In this document: positions 38,507 through 47,879 of the stretch, piece by piece | How positions within the stretch are numbered: the stretch's first letter is position 1 | Layout of the letters: each line of letters starts with the position of its first letter | Sequence record: SRR20825010_2976 | Length of the DNA: 60,104 nt | Strand: one strand, 5' to 3' | Program-made: the position numbers and the translations under genes | The notes under the pieces: generated by a model | Seen by the model: the letters and a program-made list of their open reading frames with translations, nothing else | What the model was told of the DNA's origin: nothing | The model's database searches: none

Positions 38507-39526
38507 ATGTCACGTATTCAGTGGGCGCTTGTCCTGCTTGGGGTTGTATTGGCCGTGGCGTTTGCCGGACTATTCTGGTCGCCGGTTTCCACGGCTCCGG
38601 GCAGCAGTAGTGGCGTGCAGAACGTTACCTTGTTTCCCGGGGCGCATACTTCAGGTGATGAACCTGCTGCCAATAGCTTGCAGGCCGCATTGAGTCGTGC
38701 GGAAACACTGGCAGCGGTGCCGACATCGCTGCGTGGCACCGAGGTCGATGGCCAGTTGCAAACCACGGCGGACGGTGAGCTAGTGGTAACGCCGGACCTG
38801 CGTCGGGTGTTCGATTATTTCCTGTCTGCCCAGGGGGAAGAGTCCCTGGAAGATTGTCAGGCGCGGCTGGCAAGTTATCTGCAAGCGTCTCTTCCGGCTG
38901 AGGCCGCGAACGAGGCTTGGCAGTTTTTCCAGCAATACATGGCACTGGGGCAGGCGATGGCGGCATTGCCTGCCCATGATGGTTCGCCTGCCAGCATCCG
39001 CACTGCGGTCAAACAGCGTCACGATCTGCAAGTCGCTTACCTGGGCCAGCAAGCGGCGGAGGCGTTCTACGGCATGGATATCGCTTACGACCGTTATATG
39101 GCGGATCGTCAGGAGATCCTCGATAACCCTTCTCTCAACGACACCCAGCGACAACGGCAGCTCCAGGGGCTGACACAATCGCTGCCGGCTGCCATGCAGA
39201 TCATGCTGGAGGAAACTCGTGGTCCGGCGCAGCTGTCGGCGCGTACCCAGGTGTTGCGGGAGCAGGGGGCCAGTGAGGCAGAAATTCGTCGCTTGCGAGA
39301 GCAGCAGGTCGGCGCGGCTGGCGCAGAACGGCTGGAAGCGCTGGATCAGCAGCGGGCGCAATGGGAGGCACGCTATCAGGACTACCGTGAGCAGCGCCAG
39401 GCAATTATCGACAGTGGGTTATCGCACCTGGATCAGGAAACAGCACTGGCACGGTTGCAGCAGCAAATGTTCAGTGACCAGGAATTAAGTCGGGTTGAGG
39501 CACTGGATAGAATTCAGGCCCGCTAG
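38507..39526 (+). CDS. lif: Lipase-specific foldase
   Basis: N-terminal TM anchor; PTSLRGTEVDG, RRVFDYFLSA Lif signature, AERLEALDQQRAQW. Confidence 0.92.
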   Translation: MSRIQWALVLLGVVLAVAFAGLFWSPVSTAPGSSSGVQNVTLFPGAHTSGDEPAANSLQAALSRAETLAAVPTSLRGTEVDGQLQTTADGELVVTPDLRRVFDYFLSAQGEESLEDCQARLASYLQASLPAEAANEAWQFFQQYMALGQAMAALPAHDGSPASIRTAVKQRHDLQVAYLGQQAAEAFYGMDIAYDRYMADRQEILDNPSLNDTQRQRQLQGLTQSLPAAMQIMLEETRGPAQLSARTQVLREQGASEAEIRRLREQQVGAAGAERLEALDQQRAQWEARYQDYREQRQAIIDSGLSHLDQETALARLQQQMFSDQELSRVEALDRIQAR

Positions 39527-39556
39527 ACTTGGGATTACTGCGCGGTTGTTATCAAA

Positions 39557-39592
39557 CAAAAGGCCACCCGGTGAACCGAGTGGCCTTTTTTT
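39557..39592. terminator. Bidirectional terminator
   Basis: aaaaaggccacccgg-tgaa-ccgagtggccttttttt. Confidence 0.8.
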
Positions 39593-39606
39593 ACCGGAAA
39601 AAAGAA

Positions 39607-40119
39607 TCAGAACTGAAAGCGCAGCCCAGCGCCGAACATGTCGATGCCGGCATCATTGTCGAAGTGCATGAACTCGCCATACACATACAGCTTGTCCATC
39701 AAATCAATGGTGGCACCCACCCCGCCAAAGGCATCGGTGGAGGACTCATCATCCTTGAAAGACGGGTGTTTTACGTCGAAATCCGTATTGGCCACGCCGC
39801 CTTTGCCGTAGAGGCCTACGGGGCCAAGCTCCAGGCTGAGCAGGCCGGCAAAGGTGACTGCGCCACCTTCAATCTTGGTGCCGTTGTCGCCTTCCAGCTC
39901 ACCGAAGTCGTAATAACCCACTTCCGCTCCCACCAGTTCGATGGGGCGCCAGCCCAGAAACAGGCCTCCGGAGGTATCGTCGTCATCAAACTTGATGTTG
40001 TCGATTTCTTCGTCGGTGCCGGAATTATAAATCCCTGCACCAACATAGAAGCCCGCATTGGCCAACGGGGCCACAGTGAGAATGGCGGCGCCCGCCAGTA
40101 CTTTTGTTAGGCGTTTCAT
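39607..40119 (-). CDS. Small outer-membrane beta-barrel protein
   Basis: Signal peptide ending ANA; FYVGAG, GAEVGYYDFG, GLYGKGG, terminal FQF. Confidence 0.85.
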   Translation of the reverse strand: MKRLTKVLAGAAILTVAPLANAGFYVGAGIYNSGTDEEIDNIKFDDDDTSGGLFLGWRPIELVGAEVGYYDFGELEGDNGTKIEGGAVTFAGLLSLELGPVGLYGKGGVANTDFDVKHPSFKDDESSTDAFGGVGATIDLMDKLYVYGEFMHFDNDAGIDMFGAGLRFQF

Positions 40120-40309
40120 AAGCATCACTCCCTGAAAAAAGTGCCTTCAGTATTACCCAGAATAGAGCGGGTGTGTATGGGGGGGAGGTCACATTGCGTT
40201 ACTCCGACCTGTGGCTGACGGGAGGGGCTGGCGTCGCTTGCCTGAATTTGCTTTCCTTGAAGCAACGACAGGGAGCGGGCTTCCGGAATTGGGAGCAGCG
40301 GGGGAAAGC

Positions 40310-41308
40310 ATGAAGCGATGGACGCAGCAGGCGCGACGGTGCCAGTGGGGATTCCTGGTGGGGCTGGGGATGATGGTGTCAGCGAATCCGTTGGTTGCGG
40401 CCCCCCTTCCTGCCGATTTGCGTCTGGATTTGCGCACGGATGTGGGTTGGGAAATGGACCATTTTGTTTACCTGGGGGAGGACGTTAGTGAAGCCCTGTT
40501 GACGCAGGCAGGGAATACGGTTGGTCTCACCGTGTTTACTCACAAGACCGTTCCCCACCGCTGCATGCTTGATTTCTCCCATGATTATTGTGACGACCGT
40601 GGCTACCCGGATACCTGGGGGCGTTCGGTGGAGCCGGTGCTTTGTGTCAGTACAACCCCTGCGTCCCGGGCATTGTTGGCAGAGCAGCATGCCGATGCCA
40701 ATACGCTCTGCGTCACCTTTCGCGGGGGTTTTTCCTACCCGGCAGCCGGCTCAGATGTGGCGCAGGACCTGGCCAGCCACTACCACGCCCAAATTGGCGA
40801 GCCCGAACGCGGGGCGGATTCCGAGACAGTGGCGCTGACGGTGACACTAACGCTGGACAGTGAAGAGCCGCTGCATCGGTTGTCTCCGGGTTGCTATGGC
40901 CACGTTTGTATCGGCGATACCCTGTCCAGTGTGCAGGCGACCACCAAGGTGCCGTTGGATATTGTCTCGGGACAAAGTGCCTGTGGCCGTGTGCGCAGCG
41001 CTATGTGGCCAGCCGGGCTATCTGCTCAGTTCAGGAACAGCCGTATTGCCCGGCTGGACGTTAACCCTCCGTCAAACATTCGCACTGACACCGGTGTGGC
41101 GCTGGGCGAATCACCGGCTTTATATGAAATGTATCAGGGGGCGCTGGACGAGACCCTGGAGGCTGGCCCCGGCTCATTGCCGGTAAAGGCAGTGTACTGG
41201 CAGGAGCCCGGCGAGAAAGGGCTGCAGTTTATTTTCGACAGTGACATGCAGCTCACCGAGATGGCCACAGGCGGTGAGGCGCTGACGGAGGACTGGCCGT
41301 GCCGTTAA
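40310..41308 (+). CDS. Hypothetical exported Cys-rich protein
   Basis: 332 aa, hydrophobic N-terminus, several Cys pairs; no family recognised. Confidence 0.6.
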   Translation: MKRWTQQARRCQWGFLVGLGMMVSANPLVAAPLPADLRLDLRTDVGWEMDHFVYLGEDVSEALLTQAGNTVGLTVFTHKTVPHRCMLDFSHDYCDDRGYPDTWGRSVEPVLCVSTTPASRALLAEQHADANTLCVTFRGGFSYPAAGSDVAQDLASHYHAQIGEPERGADSETVALTVTLTLDSEEPLHRLSPGCYGHVCIGDTLSSVQATTKVPLDIVSGQSACGRVRSAMWPAGLSAQFRNSRIARLDVNPPSNIRTDTGVALGESPALYEMYQGALDETLEAGPGSLPVKAVYWQEPGEKGLQFIFDSDMQLTEMATGGEALTEDWPCR

Positions 41309-41342
41309 TAGCTTCGTTGTTGCTGGCGGTTGGGGTGACGGG

Positions 41343-41942
41343 GTGAGCGTGCCGACGACCGGTAACCTGCCGGGCTTTGACGGCATCATCTTCGACCTGG
41401 ATGGCACCCTGGTGGATTCCCGCCTGGATTTTGCGGCTATCCGTGCGCGTCTGAATTGCCCACCAGATGTGGGGGTGCTGGAATTTATCGATACCTTGCC
41501 GGCCAGTGAACAGGCGGCGGCCCACGCCGTTGTACTGGAGTATGAGCGCGCCGGGGCGGAACGGGCCACCTGGATACCGGGCGCACAATCCTGTCTTGAA
41601 AAACTGTCGGTGATGGGCATTCCTGCGGCTATTCTTACCCGCAATGCCCGTGTTATTGCCGAGCTCACCGTATCCCGGCTGAGTATTCCTGTGCAGCGAG
41701 TGCTGGCACGGGAAGATGCCCCGCCAAAGCCCGCTCCGGATGGTCTGCTGGCGATTGCCAGGGAATGGGGTATGGCTCCGGCAAGCATTGCCTACGTGGG
41801 AGATTTTAAGTATGACCTGATGGCAGCGCGCAATGCGGGCATGGTCGGGGTTTATCTCGACACGGATGGTCTCAATACCCATGGCCACCTTGCCGACCGG
41901 GTCATTCGTCACTTTGATGAGCTGTTGGCTGAATCTCCGTGA
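41343..41942 (+). CDS. HAD-superfamily hydrolase
   Basis: IFDLDGTLVDS, LTRN, KPAPDG, YVGDFKYDLMAARNAG. Confidence 0.92.
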   Translation: MSVPTTGNLPGFDGIIFDLDGTLVDSRLDFAAIRARLNCPPDVGVLEFIDTLPASEQAAAHAVVLEYERAGAERATWIPGAQSCLEKLSVMGIPAAILTRNARVIAELTVSRLSIPVQRVLAREDAPPKPAPDGLLAIAREWGMAPASIAYVGDFKYDLMAARNAGMVGVYLDTDGLNTHGHLADRVIRHFDELLAESP

Positions 41943-41966
41943 GTGGCTCTTTTTGCTCTCTTTGCC

Positions 41967-43322
41967 TCAGACACTGTTCGGTTCCGCAGGCTGAGTGCTT
42001 GAGAGAAAGTTGATCGGTTTTCCGCTGGGCATGCCGATGGCTTCCTCATCGGTCATGACAATCTGGCCGCCAATGATGGTTGCCGAAGGCCAGCCCTGCA
42101 GCATCATGCCGTCGTAGGCGCTCCAGCCTGAAGGCGATGCCAGTTTGCGGTCATCCACCCTTTGTTTACGTTGCATGTCCACCAGCGTCAGGTCTGCATC
42201 GTAGCCCACAGCAATGCGGCCCTTGCCCGCCATGCCGAACAGTCGGGCGGGCCCTGCGCACACCATGTCCACTAACCGAGACAGGCTGAGTCGCCCCTGA
42301 TTAACGTGATTGAGCATCAAGGGCAACAGCGTCTGGGTGCCGGTCATGCCGCTGGGGGAATCCGGATACGGTCGCTGTTTCTCTTCCCGGGTATGCGGGG
42401 CGTGGTCACTGCCGATCACATCCACGATACCGTTTCTCACGGCCTTCCAGAGCGCATCCTGGTGGCGCTGGTCTCGAATCGGAGGGTTCATCTGTGCCAG
42501 CGTGCCCAATCGTTCGTAGCATTCCGGTGCCGATAGGGTGAGATGCTGGGGTAACACCTCTACCGAAACCCGGGATTTATGCTGCTGCAGAAATGCCATT
42601 TCTTCGGCGGTAGAGATATGCAATACATGCAACGGGCGACCCGCTTCCGCTGCCAGTGCCACAATGCGCCTGGTGGCCAACAGGGCGCTGTCCTCATCTC
42701 GCCAGACAGGGTGGGCAATTGGATTGGCGGCGGTTTCGGCAAGGTGACGACGGGCCCGCAGGCGGGCTTCATCTTCAGCATGAATGGCCACCCGCCGGCG
42801 GCCATGACGGAGTATGTTACGCAACACGTTGTCGCTGTCGGCGAGCAAATCGCCGAATGAACTGCCCATGAAGATTTTTACACCACTACAGGCGGGCAAG
42901 CATTCCAGCTCTGCCAGTTGCTCGGCATTGGCGGCGGATCCGCCGATATAGAACGCGTAATTACACCAGGCATCCCGTTCGGCAATAGCGATCTTGGTCT
43001 GCAGGTCCTCGGCACGGAGCGTCAAGGGCTGCGTGTTCGGCATTTCGAAAACACTGGTGATGCCGCCGAGCACTGCCCCGCGAGTGCCCGCCTCCAGCGT
43101 TTCCTTGTGGGTCATGCCGGGCTCACGGAAGTGGACCTGGGAATCCACGGCGCCGGGCAGGAGATGCAGCCCACGGGCGTGGAGGGTGGTGTCGGCCTTG
43201 AAGGGCTCGCCAATGGCAACAATACGCCCGTCGCGACATGCCACATCCGTTTCTTCAGGGCCACCAGGTAACAGGACCGTCGCCCCTTTAATTAACAGGC
43301 TTGGGCTATCTTCATAGTTCAT
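41967..43322 (-). CDS. pyrC: Dihydroorotase paralogue (PyrC2 type)
   Basis: DSQVHFREPG, EMPNT, KIFMGSS, HAEDE, LHIST, MNPPIR, SDHAPH. Confidence 0.88.
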   Translation of the reverse strand: MNYEDSPSLLIKGATVLLPGGPEETDVACRDGRIVAIGEPFKADTTLHARGLHLLPGAVDSQVHFREPGMTHKETLEAGTRGAVLGGITSVFEMPNTQPLTLRAEDLQTKIAIAERDAWCNYAFYIGGSAANAEQLAELECLPACSGVKIFMGSSFGDLLADSDNVLRNILRHGRRRVAIHAEDEARLRARRHLAETAANPIAHPVWRDEDSALLATRRIVALAAEAGRPLHVLHISTAEEMAFLQQHKSRVSVEVLPQHLTLSAPECYERLGTLAQMNPPIRDQRHQDALWKAVRNGIVDVIGSDHAPHTREEKQRPYPDSPSGMTGTQTLLPLMLNHVNQGRLSLSRLVDMVCAGPARLFGMAGKGRIAVGYDADLTLVDMQRKQRVDDRKLASPSGWSAYDGMMLQGWPSATIIGGQIVMTDEEAIGMPSGKPINFLSSTQPAEPNSV

Positions 43323-43872
43323 TCTGAATCCTTTTATAGCCCTGAACGAGTTGTTGATTGGTGTCGGACACGCTTTCTGAAAACGCGGTGATGTCCTGGC
43401 TGACCCGGGGAATGCGGCTGATGTCTGTGTCAGGGCCAATGCGGCTGGTGGACGGGATATAGAAGTTCGCGGGCAGGGTCATTCCGTCGATAACTGCATT
43501 GTGTCGAATGGCGCAACCATCACCGATGGTGCAGTTGAACAGTACACTGTTGAATCCCACGAAAACCCTGTCTCCGACCTGGCAGGGGCCGTGCACAATG
43601 GCGCGATGGGCAATGGAGCTGTGTTTTCCTATGGAGATAGGCCCTCCGTCCTTGGAGTGCATAACCACACCATCCTGAATGTTGGTGCCTTCGCCAATCT
43701 GGATGGGGTGAAGATTGCCATGATCATCTGTCTCGTCGGCTCGAATGACGGCATAGGGGCCGATAAAGACATGGCGGTCAACGATGACTTTGCCGCAGAT
43801 GATGGCGGTAGGGTCGACAAAGGCGTCCGAATGGATGGCCGGCAGGTCACCATTAGGGTTTCTTCGGATCAT
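43312..43872 (-). CDS. Gamma-class carbonic anhydrase
   Basis: Hexapeptide repeats, VIRADE, NIQDGVVMH, SIAHRAIVHGPC. Confidence 0.9.
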   Translation of the reverse strand: MIRRNPNGDLPAIHSDAFVDPTAIICGKVIVDRHVFIGPYAVIRADETDDHGNLHPIQIGEGTNIQDGVVMHSKDGGPISIGKHSSIAHRAIVHGPCQVGDRVFVGFNSVLFNCTIGDGCAIRHNAVIDGMTLPANFYIPSTSRIGPDTDISRIPRVSQDITAFSESVSDTNQQLVQGYKRIQNEL

Positions 43873-44093
43873 CCTTTATCTCCTTGCTCATCCAGTGCCC
43901 GGTTAAACCACTCCTTTGTTTGTTTCCAGTGTTTGCGGCCGTAAAGCTCGATGAACTTGCGGGTCATGTGGTCATTGTCGTTGTCCAGGGCGGTCAGTCT
44001 TTCGCGGATAAAGGTCTCACCAAGAGGAATCCCACATATCTCGGTGATGCAGTGTCGCCACTCGGTATAGGAGTCGGGCAGGGGAAAGTGCAT
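43869..44093 (-). CDS. Small hypothetical protein (74 aa) heading the Zur-boxed operon
   Basis: RBS ggag; MHFPLPDSYTEWRHCITEICGIPL..; stop overlaps the carbonic anhydrase start (ATGA). Confidence 0.75.
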   Translation of the reverse strand: MHFPLPDSYTEWRHCITEICGIPLGETFIRERLTALDNDNDHMTRKFIELYGRKHWKQTKEWFNRALDEQGDKG

Positions 44094-44126
44094 GGGTACT
44101 TCTCCGCAAAGGTTGTTGATGGGATG

Positions 44127-44146
44127 GGTTATGTTATAACATAACA
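44127..44146. promoter_or_regulatory. Zur box between divergent operons
   Basis: TGTTAT-aac-ATAACA (44132-44146) with an overlapping ggttat-gtt-ataaca. Confidence 0.9.
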
Positions 44147-44162
44147 AAACAAGGAGGGCATC

Positions 44163-44585
44163 ATGCCTCGTATCATCAGTGAGAAAACGCTGTTGGCGAT
44201 GAAGCCGTCGCAATACATGAACGCCAGCCAGCGGGCGTTTTTCCGCAAACGCCTTGCTGTCCTGGCTCACGATTGCGAACAACACATCGGCAGCGCCAGA
44301 AATAATCTGCAGACACCGGCCCAGGCTGACCCATTGGACGCCGCTGTCGAGGAGGAGAGCTGCCGCCATCAGCTACGCTTTATGGCCCGCGAACAAGCCT
44401 TGTTGGGGAAAATTCGTGCTGCCCTGAGGCGGCTGGAAAGCGGGGATTACGGTTACTGCAAAATCAGCGGTGAACCCATTGGCTTGCCGCGGCTGCTGGC
44501 CCGTCCTACTACAGAATATTGTGCCGAGGTGAAGGCGCGCCTTGAACAGAATGAACGCCACTATGCTCATCAACGAACTGGATAG
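44163..44585 (+). CDS. dksA: Zinc-independent DksA paralogue (DksA2)
   Basis: [11 protein letters not shown], tip [33 protein letters not shown] with only two of four finger Cys. Confidence 0.9.
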   Translation: MPRIISEKTLLAMKPSQYMNASQRAFFRKRLAVLAHDCEQHIGSARNNLQTPAQADPLDAAVEEESCRHQLRFMAREQALLGKIRAALRRLESGDYGYCKISGEPIGLPRLLARPTTEYCAEVKARLEQNERHYAHQRTG

Positions 44586-44589
44586 AAAC

Positions 44590-45819
44590 ATGACAAGTCA
44601 GCAAGCCAGCCCAATTCGCCAGCTTCCGGTTACCGTGTTGTCAGGGTTTCTCGGCGCGGGGAAGACCACTGTCCTCAACCATATTCTCAACAATCGAAGC
44701 GGCCTGCGCGTTGCGGTTATCGTCAACGACATGAGCGAAATTAACATTGATGCCGCACTGGTTAATCAGAACGTTTCACTGAACCGCTCGGAAGAGAAAC
44801 TGGTGGAAATGAGCAATGGTTGCATCTGCTGCACATTGCGAGAGGACCTGTTGGTGGAAGTGAACCGCCTGGCTCGGGAAGGCTCTTTCGACTATCTGGT
44901 AATTGAGTCCACCGGAATTTCTGAACCCTTGCCGGTGGCAGAGACCTTTACGTTTGAAGATGAAAACGGGGAAGGGCTGTCCTCCGTTGCCCGGTTGGAC
45001 ACCATGGTTACGGTGGTCGATGCGGTTAATTTCCTGCGGGATTATCGTAGCACCCGTACGCTTCAGCAGGAGCAGGAAAACCTTGGTGATGAAGATCATC
45101 GTAATGTGGTGGACCTGTTGGTGGAGCAAGTGGAATTCTGCGATGTGTTGTTGATCAGCAAGACGGATTTGGTCACAGAAAAGGAACTGGAAGTTTTGCA
45201 GGCAACCTTGCGGTTGTTGAACCCGGATGCCCGGATTTTGCCCATTCGCCATGGCATGGTGCCGCTGGAAGCGGTGCTCAATACAGGGCGCTTTGATTTT
45301 GAAAAAGCCCAGCAGGCGCCGGGGTGGTTAAAGGAAATGCGTGGCGGTGGCGAGCATTTGCCTGAAACCGAGGAGTACGGCATTAGCAGTTTCACCTATG
45401 AGGCGCGTCGGCCGTTCCATCCGCAGCGGTTCTGGAGCTTCCTGCAGCAGCCCTGGCCGCTGGGAATATTGCTGCGCTCCAAGGGCTTTTTCTGGCTGGC
45501 CAGCCGGCCGCATTTTGCGGGTAGCTGGAGCCAGGCCGGTGACATTGTTCACCATGGCCCGGCCGGCATGTTCTGGAAAACCGTGCCGGAGCAACACTGG
45601 CCCAGTGATGAAGAATACCGCGCGCTGATCATGGAGAAATGGCAAGAACCTTTTGGCGACATGCGCCAGGAATTGGTGTTTATCGGCCATAACCTGCAGC
45701 CAGAGGAAACCCGCAAGGCACTGGACGCCTGTTTGCTGACGGAAGCGGAAATGCTTCAGGGCAAGGCGCTGTGGGAGCAGCTGGACGATCCGTTCCCGCA
45801 GTGGGAGGTGGCAGGGTGA
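44590..45819 (+). CDS. zigA: COG0523 zinc metallochaperone GTPase (ZigA-like)
   Basis: [40 protein letters not shown], Cob[23 protein letters not shown]. Confidence 0.93.
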   Translation: MTSQQASPIRQLPVTVLSGFLGAGKTTVLNHILNNRSGLRVAVIVNDMSEINIDAALVNQNVSLNRSEEKLVEMSNGCICCTLREDLLVEVNRLAREGSFDYLVIESTGISEPLPVAETFTFEDENGEGLSSVARLDTMVTVVDAVNFLRDYRSTRTLQQEQENLGDEDHRNVVDLLVEQVEFCDVLLISKTDLVTEKELEVLQATLRLLNPDARILPIRHGMVPLEAVLNTGRFDFEKAQQAPGWLKEMRGGGEHLPETEEYGISSFTYEARRPFHPQRFWSFLQQPWPLGILLRSKGFFWLASRPHFAGSWSQAGDIVHHGPAGMFWKTVPEQHWPSDEEYRALIMEKWQEPFGDMRQELVFIGHNLQPEETRKALDACLLTEAEMLQGKALWEQLDDPFPQWEVAG

Positions 45820-46439
45820 TGCAGGCTCAAACTGTCACCGCCTCGCCACCAGGCTGGCAAGGCGCACCGGACGTGACGGTCCTCGCGGATATCTTCGAGG
45901 ATGATGTGCAGGTAGCCGTGTGGGACCGGCCCAGCCCGGTAGGGCAGGATGTGGTGGCACTGGCCTGCGAGCAACGGCTGGCGGTGAAAAGCTGGTTGGA
46001 CATTGCTCAGCTGGAAGCGACCCTGCTGCGATCTCTGCCGCACGAAACCTATGCCCCCTTGAGAGAGGACCTGTTCCTGTTAGCCGATATGGTTTCCTGT
46101 CTGTTCGGGGTTGACGGCCTCGGGTTGCGGGTGACGGCGTTGCGCAAGCCGATGTGCCCACGCTTCCACGTGGACCGGATTCCGGTTCGCATGCTGTGCA
46201 CCTATGGCGGGGCGGGCAGCCAGTGGTTGCCCGCCCCACGTGTGTCGGATCAGCTTTTAGTGCCCGGCTGTGAGCAGAGTGCGCTTTACCAGCAGCAAAA
46301 CGTGGAGCAGCTGGAGGCAGGACAGGTGGCCCTGTTCAAAGGAGAGACATGGCGGGATAATCCGGGAGCGGGCGTGGTCCACCGGTCCCCGCCCATGTCT
46401 CCCGGCCAGCAACGGTTGTTGGTCACTCTGGATATCTAG
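45819..46439 (+). CDS. DUF1826-domain protein
   Basis: MCPRFHVDRIPVRMLCTYGG.GSQW, ALFKG, GVVHRSP..RLLVTLD. Confidence 0.9.
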   Translation: MQAQTVTASPPGWQGAPDVTVLADIFEDDVQVAVWDRPSPVGQDVVALACEQRLAVKSWLDIAQLEATLLRSLPHETYAPLREDLFLLADMVSCLFGVDGLGLRVTALRKPMCPRFHVDRIPVRMLCTYGGAGSQWLPAPRVSDQLLVPGCEQSALYQQQNVEQLEAGQVALFKGETWRDNPGAGVVHRSPPMSPGQQRLLVTLDI

Positions 46440-46448
46440 GCTGAAAAC

Positions 46449-46913
46449 ATGGCAGTGAGTCGTACCGAGCAGATTCTTAACAGCGCTGAACAGCAATGTC
46501 GCAAGCAGGGCGTGCGGATGACGCCCCAGCGCAAGCAGGTCATGTCGTTGATGCTGGAGCAGGGTGGTCCGCAAACGGCCTATCAGCTACTGGATCAGTT
46601 CAAGGCTCGTTATCAGAGCAATGCGCAGCCACCCACTATGTATCGAGCGCTGGATTTTCTGGTTCAGCAAGGGCTGGCCCATCGACTCAGTTCCACCAAC
46701 CAGTATCTGGCCTGTGATCATATAACTTGCCAACACGGTCACAGGGGAACGGTGTTCCTGCTGTGTGACCAGTGCGGCGGCGTTCAGGAAACGCCCATGG
46801 CGGGAGCCGCTGTGGACGAATTGCAGCAAACCCTCGATGAAGTGGGTTTTGTTATTCAGCGCGAGCCCCTGCTGGAAGTGCATGGTCGTTGCGTGGATTG
46901 CGCGGCGTCGTAA
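46449..46913 (+). CDS. zur: Fur-family zinc-uptake regulator (Zur-like)
   Basis: RMTPQRKQV, AYQLL, PPTMYRALDFL..GLAHRL, YLAC, CDQC, EVHGRCVDC. Confidence 0.82.
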   Translation: MAVSRTEQILNSAEQQCRKQGVRMTPQRKQVMSLMLEQGGPQTAYQLLDQFKARYQSNAQPPTMYRALDFLVQQGLAHRLSSTNQYLACDHITCQHGHRGTVFLLCDQCGGVQETPMAGAAVDELQQTLDEVGFVIQREPLLEVHGRCVDCAAS

Positions 46914-46941
46914 ACAAATAATCGTTTTTCGGGAGACGGTA

Positions 46942-47346
46942 ATGCAACGTTTTCGTCTGGACGCGGTGGCCATCGGCCTGTCCAGCCTCTGCATGATTCA
47001 TTGTGTCGCCAGCCTGGCGGGGCTTTTTGCCATCGGGTTGTTATCGGCTTTTGGCAGTGTCGAAGAGGTTTTTCATCTGGTCATGCTCGCCATCATTGTG
47101 CCGGTCAGCTTGCTTGCCATTGGCATGGGCTACCGTCGACATCGCCGGCTTTCGGTGTTGCTCCCCGGCGTGTTCGCCTTGTCGGGTCTGTGTCTGCTAA
47201 CTGTCTTTGAAAGTGCTATGCACGGCACTCTCTGGGAGCCGTTACTGACAACGCTGATCGGAATCGCTCTGGTGGCTACCCATGTCGGTAACATCCGGGG
47301 CTGTAAAGACTGTGAGGTAAATCATGACAACTCGTTGGCAACGTAA
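46942..47346 (+). CDS. MerC-domain membrane protein
   Basis: LDAVAIGLSSLCMIHC, GYRRHRR, terminal H.GNIRGC. Confidence 0.85.
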   Translation: MQRFRLDAVAIGLSSLCMIHCVASLAGLFAIGLLSAFGSVEEVFHLVMLAIIVPVSLLAIGMGYRRHRRLSVLLPGVFALSGLCLLTVFESAMHGTLWEPLLTTLIGIALVATHVGNIRGCKDCEVNHDNSLAT

Positions 47347-47872
47347 CAGTCTGGCCTGCTTGCTGCTGTCGGTCAGTCTGTCTACGACCGCAGCAGGCGT
47401 GCACCAGCATGGCCTGGCCGAGGCGGCCGTGGTGGTGGAGGGAGAGCAGGTGACAATCCGTTTCCGGGCGCCCTTGATGGATATCCTCGGCACTGAGCAG
47501 CCGCCAGCGGACGCGCCTGCCCGGGCCCGTTATGGCAAGCGTCTGGCGCAGGTGGCCGCGCCACAGCCTTCGCCGGCCGCACAGTGTGAACCGGTCAGTG
47601 CTTCCATCAGCTCTGTGGACTCCTTGTTCCCGGAGCAGCAAGCGCATGATTCCCATGATCATCACGATCATGATCACGACGCGCACAGTCACCACGAAGA
47701 TGTGGACAACGAGTGGTTATTTTCCTGCGCTTTTCCTGAAAAATTAAACGCCGTGGATTTACCGTTTCTGGACACTTTCTCTAGCCTGACTACAGAGGTG
47801 GTGTTGCTGTTGCCTGCCGCCCAGAGTGCCTTGCGTCTGGCGCCGGGTGAAACCCGCATACCGCTGGAGTAA
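47324..47872 (+). CDS. DUF2796/ZrgA His-rich periplasmic zinc-binding protein
   Basis: Signal peptide, HQHG, His/Asp tract HDSHDHHDHDHDAHSHHED. Confidence 0.85.
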   Translation: MTTRWQRNSLACLLLSVSLSTTAAGVHQHGLAEAAVVVEGEQVTIRFRAPLMDILGTEQPPADAPARARYGKRLAQVAAPQPSPAAQCEPVSASISSVDSLFPEQQAHDSHDHHDHDHDAHSHHEDVDNEWLFSCAFPEKLNAVDLPFLDTFSSLTTEVVLLLPAAQSALRLAPGETRIPLE

Positions 47873-47879
47873 TGCCGCA

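Noticed and set aside
43323..43439. N-terminal extension of the dihydroorotase ORF
   Set aside because: Lies within the carbonic anhydrase gene; the ATG at 43322 fits operon coupling
44094..44369. N-terminal extension of ORF 43869..44369
   Set aside because: Runs through the Zur box and antisense to dksA2; the RBS-supported start is 44093
47645..47700. catgat/cacgat tandem repeats
   Set aside because: Encode the His/Asp tract of DUF2796
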